A stretch of DNA of 64,000 bases from Prasinococcaceae sp. CCMP 1430. Lineage: Eukaryota; Plantae; Prasinodermophyta. The position numbers were made by a program, and so were the translations under genes. Below, in pieces: positions 10,087-21,200 of this stretch; positions within the stretch are counted from its first letter, which is position 1, and every line of letters begins with the position of its first letter. The stretch lies in contig RQSC01000001.1 of assembly GCA_013416795.1 (NCBI GenBank), positions 338,213 to 402,212 on the forward strand, in the 5' to 3' direction. The notes under the pieces were generated by a model. The model saw only the letters and a program-made list of their open reading frames with translations. It was not told the DNA's origin and ran no database searches.

Positions 10087-11007
10087 GTGCGCGGTGTGCA
10101 GGCGGCGCCGCTGCAGGGCCACAGCGCGGGCGCGGGCCTGGCGGCCTGTGCCGCAGCGCTCGCGCCTGCGCGCGGCGCGCGGGCGCTCGACACGGTCGCG
10201 CCGTCCGAGGTGCAGGGCGCGCCGCTCCAGAACAATGGCCCGCCGCCACCCAAGGTCAGCCGGGTGATCCTGTTCTCCTTCCTCTACTCGGGCTCGCTGC
10301 TGCTGGGCGCGCTTGCGGTCGAGCGCGTCGAGTTCTTCCGCAGCTGGTTTCCGGCCATCTTCAAGGCGAACGACATGATGCGCGAGAACAGGGAACAGCG
10401 CGAGTCGCCGGCGGAAGAGGCCGCGCCGATAGATGCGAGTGCGAGCGCTGCCGCGCCCTCGCAGGCGCAGCTCTCCACGCCTACCCCGCCCGCCGCGCCT
10501 GCGGAAACGTCCGCGGCGGCACAGACATTCCCGAGCGAGCTCTCCGCCGACGAACGCGCCCCGGAGCCGATGGGCGACGAGCGATACGTGGGCGCCGAAG
10601 GCGACTTCGAGGCGGCGATTGCCGCGGAGGTGGCGCGGCAAGAGGCGGCCGAGGCAGCGCAGGCCGAGGCCGCCTCGGCGGCTGAGAGCGAGACCACCCC
10701 CACCCCGTCCACCGCCACGACGGACGTCGCTGCCGGAGCCGCAGCAGCGGGTGTGGGCGCCGCTGAGGCTGAGTCCAGCGCTGAAGCGGACGCGCAGATC
10801 ATGGCGGCAGTGGAGGCGGGCCTGGCGCGCGCGAGCAAGAGGGCGGCATCGGCAGACGCGGCTGCGGCCGCTGCGGCCGAAGCGGCCGCCGATGCTGCGT
10901 CGGCGGCGGCCGACGCGAGCGCCGCAGCGGCTGGCGCGGCCGAGGCCGCCGATGCGGCCGAGGCGGCGGCCGCAGAGACTGGGAGCGCGCCGAAGCCGCC
11001 CGAATGA
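10087..11007 (+). CDS. Hypothetical single-pass membrane protein with acidic Ala-rich tail; 5' end unresolved
   Basis: Hydrophobic segment VILFSFLYSGSLLLGALAV followed by ERVEFFRSWFPAIFKAN and a low-complexity A/E tail. There is no in-frame ATG at the N-terminus (the track start is GTG). Confidence 0.55.
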   Translation: MRGVQAAPLQGHSAGAGLAACAAALAPARGARALDTVAPSEVQGAPLQNNGPPPPKVSRVILFSFLYSGSLLLGALAVERVEFFRSWFPAIFKANDMMRENREQRESPAEEAAPIDASASAAAPSQAQLSTPTPPAAPAETSAAAQTFPSELSADERAPEPMGDERYVGAEGDFEAAIAAEVARQEAAEAAQAEAASAAESETTPTPSTATTDVAAGAAAAGVGAAEAESSAEADAQIMAAVEAGLARASKRAASADAAAAAAAEAAADAASAAADASAAAAGAAEAADAAEAAAAETGSAPKPPE

Positions 11008-11180
11008 GCTGTAACACGCCTGTTCGCGCCGCCTCTCTGCGCGCGTCGAGGCGCGCACGGCGCGCTCCCATGTCGTGGCGACTGAAACTAGATTGAGGTA
11101 CATTTAGTAGGGATGGTGATCGGGGAAATAGGAGGGTGTACTAGATTGCGCCTATGCTCATCGCGAGGTCCCTGACGCGC

Positions 11181-14100
11181 TCATGTTGCCTGCGCCTGGC
11201 AGCCCGTCGAGCCAGGCCAGCAGTACTCGCCAGTTTGCGCGTTGCGCGCCCCGGGCCCGTAGCCAGGGCGCCCCAGGTAGTACGGCCTGGTCTGCGGATC
11301 GATGTACGGGTTGAGCGTGCAGCGCCTCGTGACCACGCCGTGCATGGACACGGAGCCCTTGCCGTTGGCGCCCATGGCGTTGCGCTCCTGGTTGAAGTGG
11401 ACCAGCCCGAGAGGCTGCTCCCCGCAGTCGATGGTGGCCTGATGGGCGTTCTCCGCCCACACCTCGACCATCTTGCCGTGAGGCGAGAGGTTGGAGTTGC
11501 CCAGCCCACGGTACACGCCGTCCTTGAGCACGCAGCGGTCGCGATTGACGTAGTAGCCGAAACCCTTCTGCGTGTCGCGCGTGTCGAAAGACTGGCCGCT
11601 GGCGCCGTACAGCCCGCCAGCCGTTGTCCGGCCGGTGATGCGCCCGTTGCGATACGCCATGCGCGTGCCCGTGTAGCCCTTGTCGTATCCGGTCGCGCCG
11701 ATGTCGCCGGTGGCATCCACGCGCATACCCGCCGACTCGGTGCCGTGGCGAGCGCTCGTCGAGTGTTGGTGCTCAGTGGTCGTGCCGTCGAACGAGGTCG
11801 AGCCAGGCACGGCCGGATCACGATCGCCGCCGTCGGCGCGCTTGTACACGTAGTGCATGCGAGGCTCGTTGAGCGCCGCCTCCAGGCAACGCTGGATGGT
11901 GCGGTAGGGACGCCCGGCGGTCCCCTGGCCCGTCTCGTCTGACCCGCTCGGGCTGACGTATATGTCAGAGTAGAGGAAGTAGATGCAGTCTTTGTTCGGG
12001 TGGCCGAGGTTCTCGTTGCCCGGGTGGCCCGGGAAGGCGCCGTGGCCGAAGTCCATGTTGGTGTCCTGCTTGTACCTGCCGTCGAAAACCGAGTTCGCTG
12101 TCTCGTCGAGGTTGTACACGTTGTGGCCGACCGAGTCTGGCGTGGTGGAGCCGTCGCCGGCACCGTCGTAGGCAGTGGGGTTGACGGCGGCGGAGATGGT
12201 AACGATGGGCGCGCGGGTGCACATGCCCGTGCCGCGTGCCGACAAGCCGCGGTTGTACTGGTCAACCACGATCTCGTACACGGTACCGCCAGAGAGGATG
12301 GCCTTTGCCTGCACGTGACGGCACGTGTCCTCGCCCAAGTTGACCCCGTCCGCGTCGTAGTCCGCTGGTGCGACCGTGACCGTGGGCACGGTCCTGTACC
12401 CCTTGCCAGGGTTGGTGATGTTGATCGACTTGACCACGTAGCATGGCAATCCATCGCCATCCTCATCTGGGCAGTCCGACAGGATGGCCTCCGCCGTAGC
12501 GTCCACTCCAGGCGCGCCGCTCACCGATGCCGAGGTGAGGTCATTGAAGCCCGTGTGGCTGCCAACGTTGTCGTGCTCCAAGTCTGCGACGCCGAGCCCC
12601 AGGTGTGAGTCAGTGCCGTGACCTTGGATGGTGCCGAATTGGTGCACCGGCGGATTGTTCGACACGCGGCACTTGTCGAGCTCGGCCTTCGTCTGCCCCG
12701 AGATGGACCAGATCCAGTAGCCGCTCGCGTCGCTGCTGTCCCAGTTACCAACGAAGGGGTTGTTCGGGTTCCCACCGACCGGCAGGCCTGCCACGTCGCC
12801 GTACAAGTCTGGATCGGAGAGCAGGTCGGCGCCCTTCTCAGCGTAGTTGTTCGACACGCGAATGAGGGCCTGGTGGCCAGGTTTGATGGAGCCGTCCATG
12901 AAGGCAAGGCCCTTCGCCGGCAGCAGTGGGCCGCGGCCCTCGGCACTGAGAACGTCCAGCGGGTACAGGTCCTGGCCGTTGGGGGCGCGCGCCTGCTTCT
13001 CTACGCTCGAGTAGCGGTAGGCGAACTCCTCCTCCTCAGTGTAAACTTTGTAGTTCGGAGCGTCGTGCGAGAGCCCCGAGCCCGCCGAGCCGTCGGGAAA
13101 GGTTGACTCGGACCGCACGTGTCCGGAGGCCGCCAGCCCCTCATCCACCGCAAGCTGCGTGCCCGACGACGCGCCTTCCACGTGCATGCCGCTGGGGTCG
13201 AGCTCCTCCGCGCCCTTGCCCTGGTGCGAGTAGTACCCGACCTTGGGCGGATAGTCGCGGTTGCGCTTGTCCCAAATCTCTTCCGAGATCGCCTTCACCC
13301 CCGGCGGCTGGGGCACGATCGTCACCACCGGCCGTTCGCTGTAGTACTTGCCACCGTAGGTCACGACGATTCGCACAACTTCTCCGTTCTCCAGGACGGT
13401 GTGCGCGCGCGCGTGAATGCCGGGGGACACGCTGCGTGTGTCCCCGCTCATGAACGCGGCCGTGCCGCCGCTCACGTCGCCCTGGTAGAAGCAGCTGTAG
13501 CCACCACTCGCGCAAGAGAATACCACCCCCGGTGGAAAGAGGTAGCCGCTCCCGTTGTCGTCGACCTGCACAGTCGAGACGACGTACTCGCTGTGGTCGT
13601 CGTCGAGCAGCGTGCCGCTCTGGTCGCCGTCGACGAAGCGGTGGCCGCCCTCCGACATGATCGCGGTCGCCGCCGCGCCCGCGCCGGCGCGAAAGTTCTT
13701 ACCGCCGTAGTGCACGGTGACGCCCGTGATGCAGCCCTCGCCCTCGCCCACACGCTGGCATTCGGAGGCTGTGCCGATGGTCGCAGTCGCGTTTACACAG
13801 CAACCGCCGCCGCCAATGAACACGATCTTCGGCGGAGTCGTGTACCCGGACCCGCCGTTCACGACCGTCACGCTTTCGACGTTGCTCTGGTTGCCAAGCA
13901 CCGCCGTCAGCTGGGCGCAGCAGCCCCCGCGAGGGTAGTACTGCACCGTTTGCGACGCGGGCCCGTACACGGGCGACGTGCAGATGATCTCCGTTGAGGA
14001 AATGTAGCGCACCTTGCCGCCGGGCTCGCCCACGATGTGCGAGTCGTCCCAGTCGTCGTAGGAGCCGCCCGAGTACGTGTTGCTGTTGTGATATCCGTCG

Positions 14101-15377
14101 CCGCCCGAAGTGTGTCCGCCGAAGCGGCAGCTGAGGTACTTGCTCGGAAGGAAGTTCGTCCCGATCACCGTCACCTCGGTGTTTCCCATGAACGGCCCGC
14201 GCGCAGGCCACACGGAATGCTGGTTCGACTTGATGTTCGTCACCGTGGGGCGCGGGTCGGCGTACGTGAAAGTCACGTGCGTGTCCGCCAGCTCGTCGAA
14301 CGTCTGCATGTTGTTCGACACGCGGATTTTGCACACCGTCTCAGGAATCGAGTCGAGGCCCGTGGCCTTCGGCGGCGTCATGAAGGGCGACACGCACATG
14401 ATGCGAGTGTAGTCGATCCAGCGCGCGTGCACCCACTCAGAGGTCTGCATGATCGTCGCCGTGTCGGAGTCCACGTCGTGGTCGATCTCGCACTCGAACT
14501 GGCACTTGAGGAAGACGTGAGGATAGAACGTCCCCGTGATCGGCGGGCCGTTGGCCTCAGAGGTCGGGTCGACGCTGAACGGGTGCGGCGCGCCCGGCCC
14601 GCCCGTGGGCGTGCTGTAGCGCTGTATGGAACCAACGCCGCCGTAGAGCGTCGCCTGCTGTTGGTTGGCGCCGCGCGCGCCTGGGCCGCTCGCGCCGCCG
14701 TCGTTGGAGAGCGCGATGGAGCTGATCGTCACCTCCGTGCCACCTATGTATGGCCCGGTGGCGTTGTCGACGCGCCAGACCTCGTTCACGAAGGACGGGT
14801 TCATGCCCGAGGCGCCCTGCAGGCAGTCGAGGCAGCCAGGCGCCGAGTTGTCGTAGATGAACTTGAGGAACGTGCCCGAGCCCTTGGTGTACACCAGGGG
14901 GTAGCCCGAGAAGGTCACGCCGTCGTTCGAGGCCGTCACATGCGCGGTGTGCACGCTATCGCGCTCGGGGCTGATGCAGCGGATCTCCGACTCGGAGACG
15001 AAGGTGGCGTCCACCTCGTCGAACTCATTCTCGATGGCAAAGCGGACCTTGAGGTACTTTGACCTTTTGAAGCGGCTGCCATAGATGGTCACCTCCGTGC
15101 CGCCCTTGACATGCCCCTTGGGCGGAGTCAGCCACGTGACCTTAGGCGGATCCGCCAGGTCCTCGTCCGCCCCGAAGAACGAGTCCGAGTCGGCCAGCGC
15201 GTGCGCAGTGCGCGCCGGCAGCAGCAGCGCGGTCGCTGCGGTCGCGTACGCGAGCGCGGCGAGCGCGCGCGGCGCCACCTCCCCACCCCACCCTCCCCCT
15301 CCCCCCGCGCGGGCCCGCTCGCGCCCATCAACGCGCAGGCGCGCGCGCGCGCAGACAGGTGGCGGGCCGCCGCGCAC
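11181..15377 (-). CDS. Large intronless secreted/surface protein: signal peptide, 3 IPT/TIG domains, GGSGY-type beta repeats, DUF1565-like / beta-helix start
   Basis: Signal-like ALAALAYATAATALLLPARTAHA. IPT motifs include PPKVTWLTPPKGHVKGGTEVTIYGSRF and GPFMGNTEVTVIGTNF. Repeats include VTVVNGGSGYTTPPKIVF and INITNPGKGYRTVPTVTV. C-terminal IYVSPSGSDETGQGTAGRPYRTIQ..LKDGVYRG. No in-frame ATG near the start; an ATG at 15328 is out of frame across a C/G homopolymer. Confidence 0.75.
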   Translation of the reverse strand: MRGGPPPVCARARLRVDGRERARAGGGGGWGGEVAPRALAALAYATAATALLLPARTAHALADSDSFFGADEDLADPPKVTWLTPPKGHVKGGTEVTIYGSRFKRSKYLKVRFAIENEFDEVDATFVSESEIRCISPERDSVHTAHVTASNDGVTFSGYPLVYTKGSGTFLKFIYDNSAPGCLDCLQGASGMNPSFVNEVWRVDNATGPYIGGTEVTISSIALSNDGGASGPGARGANQQQATLYGGVGSIQRYSTPTGGPGAPHPFSVDPTSEANGPPITGTFYPHVFLKCQFECEIDHDVDSDTATIMQTSEWVHARWIDYTRIMCVSPFMTPPKATGLDSIPETVCKIRVSNNMQTFDELADTHVTFTYADPRPTVTNIKSNQHSVWPARGPFMGNTEVTVIGTNFLPSKYLSCRFGGHTSGGDGYHNSNTYSGGSYDDWDDSHIVGEPGGKVRYISSTEIICTSPVYGPASQTVQYYPRGGCCAQLTAVLGNQSNVESVTVVNGGSGYTTPPKIVFIGGGGCCVNATATIGTASECQRVGEGEGCITGVTVHYGGKNFRAGAGAAATAIMSEGGHRFVDGDQSGTLLDDDHSEYVVSTVQVDDNGSGYLFPPGVVFSCASGGYSCFYQGDVSGGTAAFMSGDTRSVSPGIHARAHTVLENGEVVRIVVTYGGKYYSERPVVTIVPQPPGVKAISEEIWDKRNRDYPPKVGYYSHQGKGAEELDPSGMHVEGASSGTQLAVDEGLAASGHVRSESTFPDGSAGSGLSHDAPNYKVYTEEEEFAYRYSSVEKQARAPNGQDLYPLDVLSAEGRGPLLPAKGLAFMDGSIKPGHQALIRVSNNYAEKGADLLSDPDLYGDVAGLPVGGNPNNPFVGNWDSSDASGYWIWSISGQTKAELDKCRVSNNPPVHQFGTIQGHGTDSHLGLGVADLEHDNVGSHTGFNDLTSASVSGAPGVDATAEAILSDCPDEDGDGLPCYVVKSINITNPGKGYRTVPTVTVAPADYDADGVNLGEDTCRHVQAKAILSGGTVYEIVVDQYNRGLSARGTGMCTRAPIVTISAAVNPTAYDGAGDGSTTPDSVGHNVYNLDETANSVFDGRYKQDTNMDFGHGAFPGHPGNENLGHPNKDCIYFLYSDIYVSPSGSDETGQGTAGRPYRTIQRCLEAALNEPRMHYVYKRADGGDRDPAVPGSTSFDGTTTEHQHSTSARHGTESAGMRVDATGDIGATGYDKGYTGTRMAYRNGRITGRTTAGGLYGASGQSFDTRDTQKGFGYYVNRDRCVLKDGVYRGLGNSNLSPHGKMVEVWAENAHQATIDCGEQPLGLVHFNQERNAMGANGKGSVSMHGVVTRRCTLNPYIDPQTRPYYLGRPGYGPGARNAQTGEYCWPGSTGCQAQAT

Positions 15378-15932
15378 GCCTTTTCATATGGATTCCATTT
15401 TTAACACAAACAAAATGACATACGGAACTTTTTTATATCATCGTATACATAAAGTGATTCCTTCATGCCTGTTCCATTCGGCCATTCTCATGGAATCCAT
15501 TCGGGGTCGTTTTTTTTTTTTTCGCCCTCGATTCCGGCCGTTGGGCGGGCGCGCGCGCCCCGCCGGGGCATCAAAAAGTGCATTCTCAAATGCATTCTGA
15601 TAATGGGCGTATTTGGATCTTTGTTTTTTTTTTTAATCCGTTGAAAAGGGGGCGCGGCGGTGCGCCTTTTGACGTGCCTGGCGCATTTTGCGGGGCGAAG
15701 GAAAAAAAAGGTCGAGGGGAGGCTGCGATGCAAGCGCAGGGTGTCGAATGAAAGAGTGAGTGTTATAAGACCACGGGAGACTATGTTGTCGTTTGGGCGT
15801 TTTTGACGTGTGCTCGATTGGGCACGCGGCGCACCACAGCGCGCGCGCGGCGACGCCGCCTCCCCTCCCCCCCCACACACACACACGCCTTCCGCCCTCC
15901 CGCGCCCCCGCGCGCTGCGCGGCGCGGCTGCG

Positions 15933-17311
15933 ATGGCGGACGCCGCGACGGACGTGCACTCTTACACGGGGTACAACAAGTACCAGAACCAGTCCACGCT
16001 GGTGGGCAACTGGGTGGAGGAGCGCGCCCTCAAGGCGGCGACGGGCACGCACCGCTACAAGGTGCGGCGCCGCCGCTGGCGTTTGGCGGGGAGGGTGCGA
16101 GGGCAGGGTGGGGGTCTCCGCGCGCGCGCGCGGGTCAGCGCGAGCGTCAGCGTAAGTACCCTCGCCGGCATCAGCGTCGCACGCGCGAAAAGGGGAAGAA
16201 GAGGTTGGCCCATAGCAGCACGCGGGCTGTGCCGCGGGCTGAGGCTGCGCCGCGTGGGCACGCACGGTTTGGGGGGTCGCGCGCATCTGCCGCCCTATCT
16301 CTATCTCACGTCCCCGTGCTGACGTCCGTCGCTGCTCGCCTCTCTCGTCCATCGCCCCTCAGGCATGGGTGGACACCTCGCTCGAGGTCACGCTGTATCC
16401 GAAGGAGACACATCGTGACGGAGACTCGACGGCGGCGCGAGTGATGGTGAACGCCGACGCGCTGCCGCCGACGGCCTACGTGACACACATGCAAGAGGCG
16501 TACAGCGACCCCAGCAAGCACAGCGAATACCTGCCTGCGGGGCCCGCCGCCGGCAAGCGCACCGCCGCAAAGCTCGCGGCGATGATGCGCCAGGCGTCCG
16601 CTGAGCCGGAGGCAGAGGAGAGGAAGGTGGGTGAAAAGTCACAAATCGGGATCGCCTCGCCGCGACCTGTGTGCACAGGAGTGGGCGCGCGGGATCGCGC
16701 CGATCGCGCGCGCCGAGCGCATTTCTGCGCGCTGCGTGCATGGACGCGTGTGACCGCGCGCGCGTGCATCCTGTCCGCGTGCCACGCCCCTGACACGCCC
16801 TGCGGTGCTCCGTTCGCAGATGGATTTCACCACCACATCCCGCGCAGCGTATGTCCCAAAGCCCATGACGGGCCCGCTGGGTAGGCGCGTAATGAAGACA
16901 CAGGATGGCGTCGAGTTGCCGCCGGAGGCCGCGGACAGGCTGCTGCAGAAGGTGCGGGCGCCCTTGCGTGGCTTGCGTCGCTCTCGCCTCCCCACGTTTG
17001 CCTCACACTGCGGTCACGTGCCCGGCCTGACACTGCGCCCCGCAACCAATCCCTACGCGCCTCTATAGGAGCTGGGCATAGTGTCCGCAGGCCTCTGCGG
17101 GCGCCTCGAGGGCGCCGCGGATGTCAAGGCCGCTGCGGACGCCGTGAATACCGACCTCTCGGGCGTGCCGTGCACCATCTACAGCGACGGCATCAAGCCG
17201 GGCGTTTTCCCCATGAGCGATCCCGAGCACAGCGCCAACCCCTTTGCGCGAACCAGCGTCTTCTCCAAGCCCATGACGGATCCCATGAAGATTACCGAGG
17301 ACTGCATGTGA
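15933..17311 (+). CDS. Putative flagellar microtubule inner protein with NWE motif (CFAP68/95/107-like group)
   Basis: Four phase-0 exons: 15933-16061, 16363-16626, 16820-16951 and 17069-17311, all GT-AG. N-terminal YQNQSTLVGNWVEER motif, FTTTSRAAY-type repeat, and C-terminal NPFARTSVFSKP. Confidence 0.65.
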
Positions 17312-17614
17312 TGAGCCGGTCCCACTCGTACATAATCTACTAAACTAGCACAACGAGGTGGGTCGGACGCAGTTGCGCGGGCGCGCGCGCGCGCGCTCGC
17401 GTGCCGATCTGCGCTCGCGCGTGCCGCCGACACCCGTGCACTCGCGCGAGGCCGCATGGACGTGCAGAGACGCGCGCGTGCGGCCGGTGACACGCGCGCG
17501 CCCCAGCACTCGAGCCTGCGCACGAGCGGCCTCGCGCGTGTGTGCGGCGCACGCCTTTCGGCGGGAAGTGGTGCCGCCTAACTACGCCATGTTATTGTGT
17601 GCTCCCACTATTAA

Positions 17615-18286
17615 TCACATGCGCTGCAGCACGTAGAGGTTGCCCTTGTCGTCTCGGCCGAGGCGCGTGTCGTCGTCGACGTAGGTGATGTCCAGCCACC
17701 CCTCGGGGTTGAAAACCTGCAGAAGCAGGTCCATGTTGGCGCCCAGCAGACGCTCGAGCGCCTCCGGCTCCAGCCGCGACTCCTCGTACGTGATGTTCAC
17801 GCGCGAGTTGCTGCCGCTGCCGCTCTCGTCCTCCGCCTGGGAGTACGCAGCTGAGACGGTGAGCGTTCCGCTTGCGGCCGCGCCGAGCCCGGCGAGCGAG
17901 AAGTGGACGACGTTGGCGGCGCGGCGCTCCTCCGTGTCGATCGACTGCACGAGCGAGTCGATCGTCACCACGCCGCCGCGCAGCCCAAGTTTGGTGCGCT
18001 TGGATCCAAGGATTTTCACGGTGGAGTAGAGCACGGCCCAGTCCCCGGCGACGTGCTGGGCGAGCGCCTCCTCCGCAGCGGGCGCCTCCACGAACGCGCA
18101 CGCCTCGAGTGCCTCGGCTGCAGCTGCGATAGCGTCGCGCTCGTCGGGTTTGCAGCCAAAGATGCCGAAGGTTTCTACGCGCGCCACGGCCGCCAGGAGC
18201 GCCTCCTTCGCCTCCACCGCCCCCGCCGGCGGCGCCGCCGCGCCCGCCGCCCTCGTGCCATAGCGGCTTGGGCCTGGCCAGGTCAT
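17615..18286 (-). CDS. PAP/fibrillin-family plastid lipid-associated protein; transit peptide apparently missing
   Basis: AKEALLAAV..AIAAAAEALE, GDWAVLYST and C-terminal GWLDITYVDDDTRLGRDDKGNLYVLQR. The 5' end overlaps the XRN 3' coding sequence. Confidence 0.8.
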   Translation of the reverse strand: MTWPGPSRYGTRAAGAAAPPAGAVEAKEALLAAVARVETFGIFGCKPDERDAIAAAAEALEACAFVEAPAAEEALAQHVAGDWAVLYSTVKILGSKRTKLGLRGGVVTIDSLVQSIDTEERRAANVVHFSLAGLGAAASGTLTVSAAYSQAEDESGSGSNSRVNITYEESRLEPEALERLLGANMDLLLQVFNPEGWLDITYVDDDTRLGRDDKGNLYVLQRM

Positions 18287-21200
18287 ACTCACGCACGGTG
18301 GGCTCGTTCAGGACAGCACCCTCAAGCAGGTGGCACACGTGCTTCTGCTTGGGCGGGTCGACGTACACGACGCCCATGGTCTTGTTGCTACCGATGTCAG
18401 GCATGCCCCCAACTGGAGAGCGCATGCTGGCGGGCATCGCCTCTGAGGCCGCCGTCAGGCGCAGGAAGCCGTTCATGCCCTCCGATTCGGAGGGATCGAT
18501 GATCTCCTGGGCAGCCGCACGCTCGGCTCCCTCAAGGTGGCCGTGGCGATCATACAGCCGCTCGATCGTCTTCGCCAGCGGGTGCTGCGACGAGATGTAC
18601 ATCACGTCGGTGAGGTTGGAGTTGCGGCGAGTCTCCTCGGGGCCGAGGGTGTCGTGCACGGGCTTGGTGGCCTCCAACAGGCGCTTCTCATCGATGAAGG
18701 GAAGGAGCGCCACGCCCTGCCATGCGAAGCGCTTGCCATTCATGTCTACCTTGAACTCGGTGGGGTAGAAGTCGATGATCGGTGAGGTGGGCTCGCTCAT
18801 CAGCTCGCGGTACGGCTCCGGGAGACAGTGGGAGCTCGCCGCCGGGAGCACTCCCATGAGCTGATCGAAGGGGCGGAACGGCGTGCCCAGGCTGAACGAT
18901 ATGTCCAATTTGCCACAGTCGGCCAGGTCCGAGGCGAACGGCGCGTAGTGGTAAGGGAAGTACCACGTCCAGCTCACGCAGCCTTCGTAGTAGTACTTGA
19001 GGGTCCAGCAAAGCCCCTCGACGTACGTCCTGACCACGTCCTCGCGCACGTCCATCGTGCCGAACTTCACATTGTAGTACCGCTCCCTCCAACCCTGCTG
19101 GTCGAGTTGGATCTCGTCCGTGATGCTGTCGATCATGTCCGTGCGGTCCTTGTTGCGCTTCGACAGGCGCTCCTTGAATTCGGCCTCGGCCTTGGCGTCG
19201 AGCTCGCGCTCGCGCTCCGACTTCTTGCCCGCCGCCGCCTCAGGTTGGACGAGCAGCGCGTCCATGTCGGCATTCGTCGCCGGCTTCTTCTCCTGGGCAT
19301 CCTCGGCGTCGGCCCCTGGGGCCCCCTCCTTCCCCTTGCTCTTCTTCTTCTTGCCGCCAGACTCGGGGGCACGCACGAACGCGCCGACCTCCGCTTCCTC
19401 ATCCTTCGCACTGCCCCCCTCGACCTTGGCGCGCTTGGCCTCGGCCTCGGCCTCGCTCGTCTGGGCGGGCCGCTTCTTAAGCGAGGCGGCCTTGCGCATC
19501 GCCTCGCGGAGCCTCTCCGCGGCGCTCTGATTCTTAGACTGCGGTGGCGGCGGTGGCGCCGCTGCCATAGCCGCCTCGGCCGAGGGCGCCCCCGGACGTT
19601 TGAGGCCGCCTGCCCGGCCGGGAACGCTGTACTGCTTCATCTCGTCCGGTCTCCCGCGCCCCGCCCTAGCGACGAACGCCGCCGGCGGCGCCACGTTCAT
19701 GTCGGTGAGATCCGACCTGTCGCGCATCTTCTCGTGGCGGCGACGCTCGCGCTGGCGCGCGGCGATGCGGGAGCGCTTCGAAAAGATTTGCTCCTCGTAC
19801 TGGCCGATGATGCCCATGAACTTCGCCACACGCTCGAGGCTTGCGTCGCCCCCTTCGCACAGGTAGCCCCCGAGCTCGGGAAGCACGCGTTTGTAGGTGG
19901 TCATGAGCAGTTCAATAGCGCCCTCGCGAATCTCGAGGGTGGGCATGTGCGGCAGGAAGTCGTTGCCACAGAAGAAACACATGAAGACGAAGTCGTCGAT
20001 CAGCCGCTCTTTGTCATCCTCAAAGGGCAGGTCTGGGACGTGCAGCTCCAGCTGCAGGTACTCGCGCAGAGTTTGCAACACCACGATCTGGTACGGCTTC
20101 TGCTCGAATTGCTTCGCAGCCGCCTGCGCGCATCGCAGCGAGGGTAGGCGCCGAGCGTCAGCGGGCGGCACCGCCATGCGCTCGCACGCCGCTTTTTGGA
20201 ACGCCGTCCGGCAGCACGCGCCGCCGAAGGGGTGTAGGCTACTGAGAAACACAGCGGGCGGGCTAGGAGCCACCTGCTGCGATTATAGATAGCCGCGACC
20301 AAGAGGTCGCGTCGTTGCTATCCCCGGGGCACATCACTCGAGGGCCAATCGCACACCAAGTGGCGTGCGTAGATATCCCTCGAGTTTAAAATATCCGGGC
20401 TGAGGCGTTCGGGCGAGGCAGCAGGCACCGCGGCGGGCAGCACGCACCTCCGCCTCAAGGTCAGTCTTCTGCTTGTTTGCAGCCAGCAGCTTCTCCTCGA
20501 CATTCTGTTTGGCATTCTTGATGAACACGATCTCACGCAGGATGTGGAAGTGCGCCTCGTGCGTCGCCAAGCCCAGCATGATCAGGTCAGCGTCCAGGCC
20601 ATACAGCACGTGCTTGGTGTTGGGGTCGTGGCCCGGCAGCCCGCGCTGCCTGCGCACGTAGTCCATGATCTTGTGCTCGCCCTCGCCCGGCACGTTGGCG
20701 TCGGAGAGGATCACCTGCGCGGCGGGCCAGTGAGCGTGCGCGCGTGCGTCAGCGCGTGCATGGGCGCCCCGCGCAGGGGCAGCGCGGCGGGGCCCGCAAT
20801 GCTCGCGGCCGTGGCGCGCTTTGTCGATACCAGGCGCGTGATGTCGGCAACGAGCGAAATCTCGCAGACACGGGTGCTCCGCGAAATATTAAGCGCTGTC
20901 TTTCTGCTCTCCCCAGCACCTATCACCCTCGGGGCCAAATGGCGCCGACCGTGGCCGGCGCGTCGATGCCCCAGAGCGTAGCTAATTGGCCGGGGCCGCG
21001 CGCGCAGTCGCTCGCTCGCACGTGCGCCGCCACACGCGGCGCGGCGCTCGCGGGCGGCCTCTCACCTTAACGTTCTTCCACGCCGGGTTGGTGTTGAGCC
21101 GCACGTGCACGTAGTACGCCAGTGCCGCGCTGAGTTTGGCCATGAAGGGTGTGCCTGGCGTGATGACGTTGGAGTCGAAGGCCTCGGTGGCGGGCTTCTC

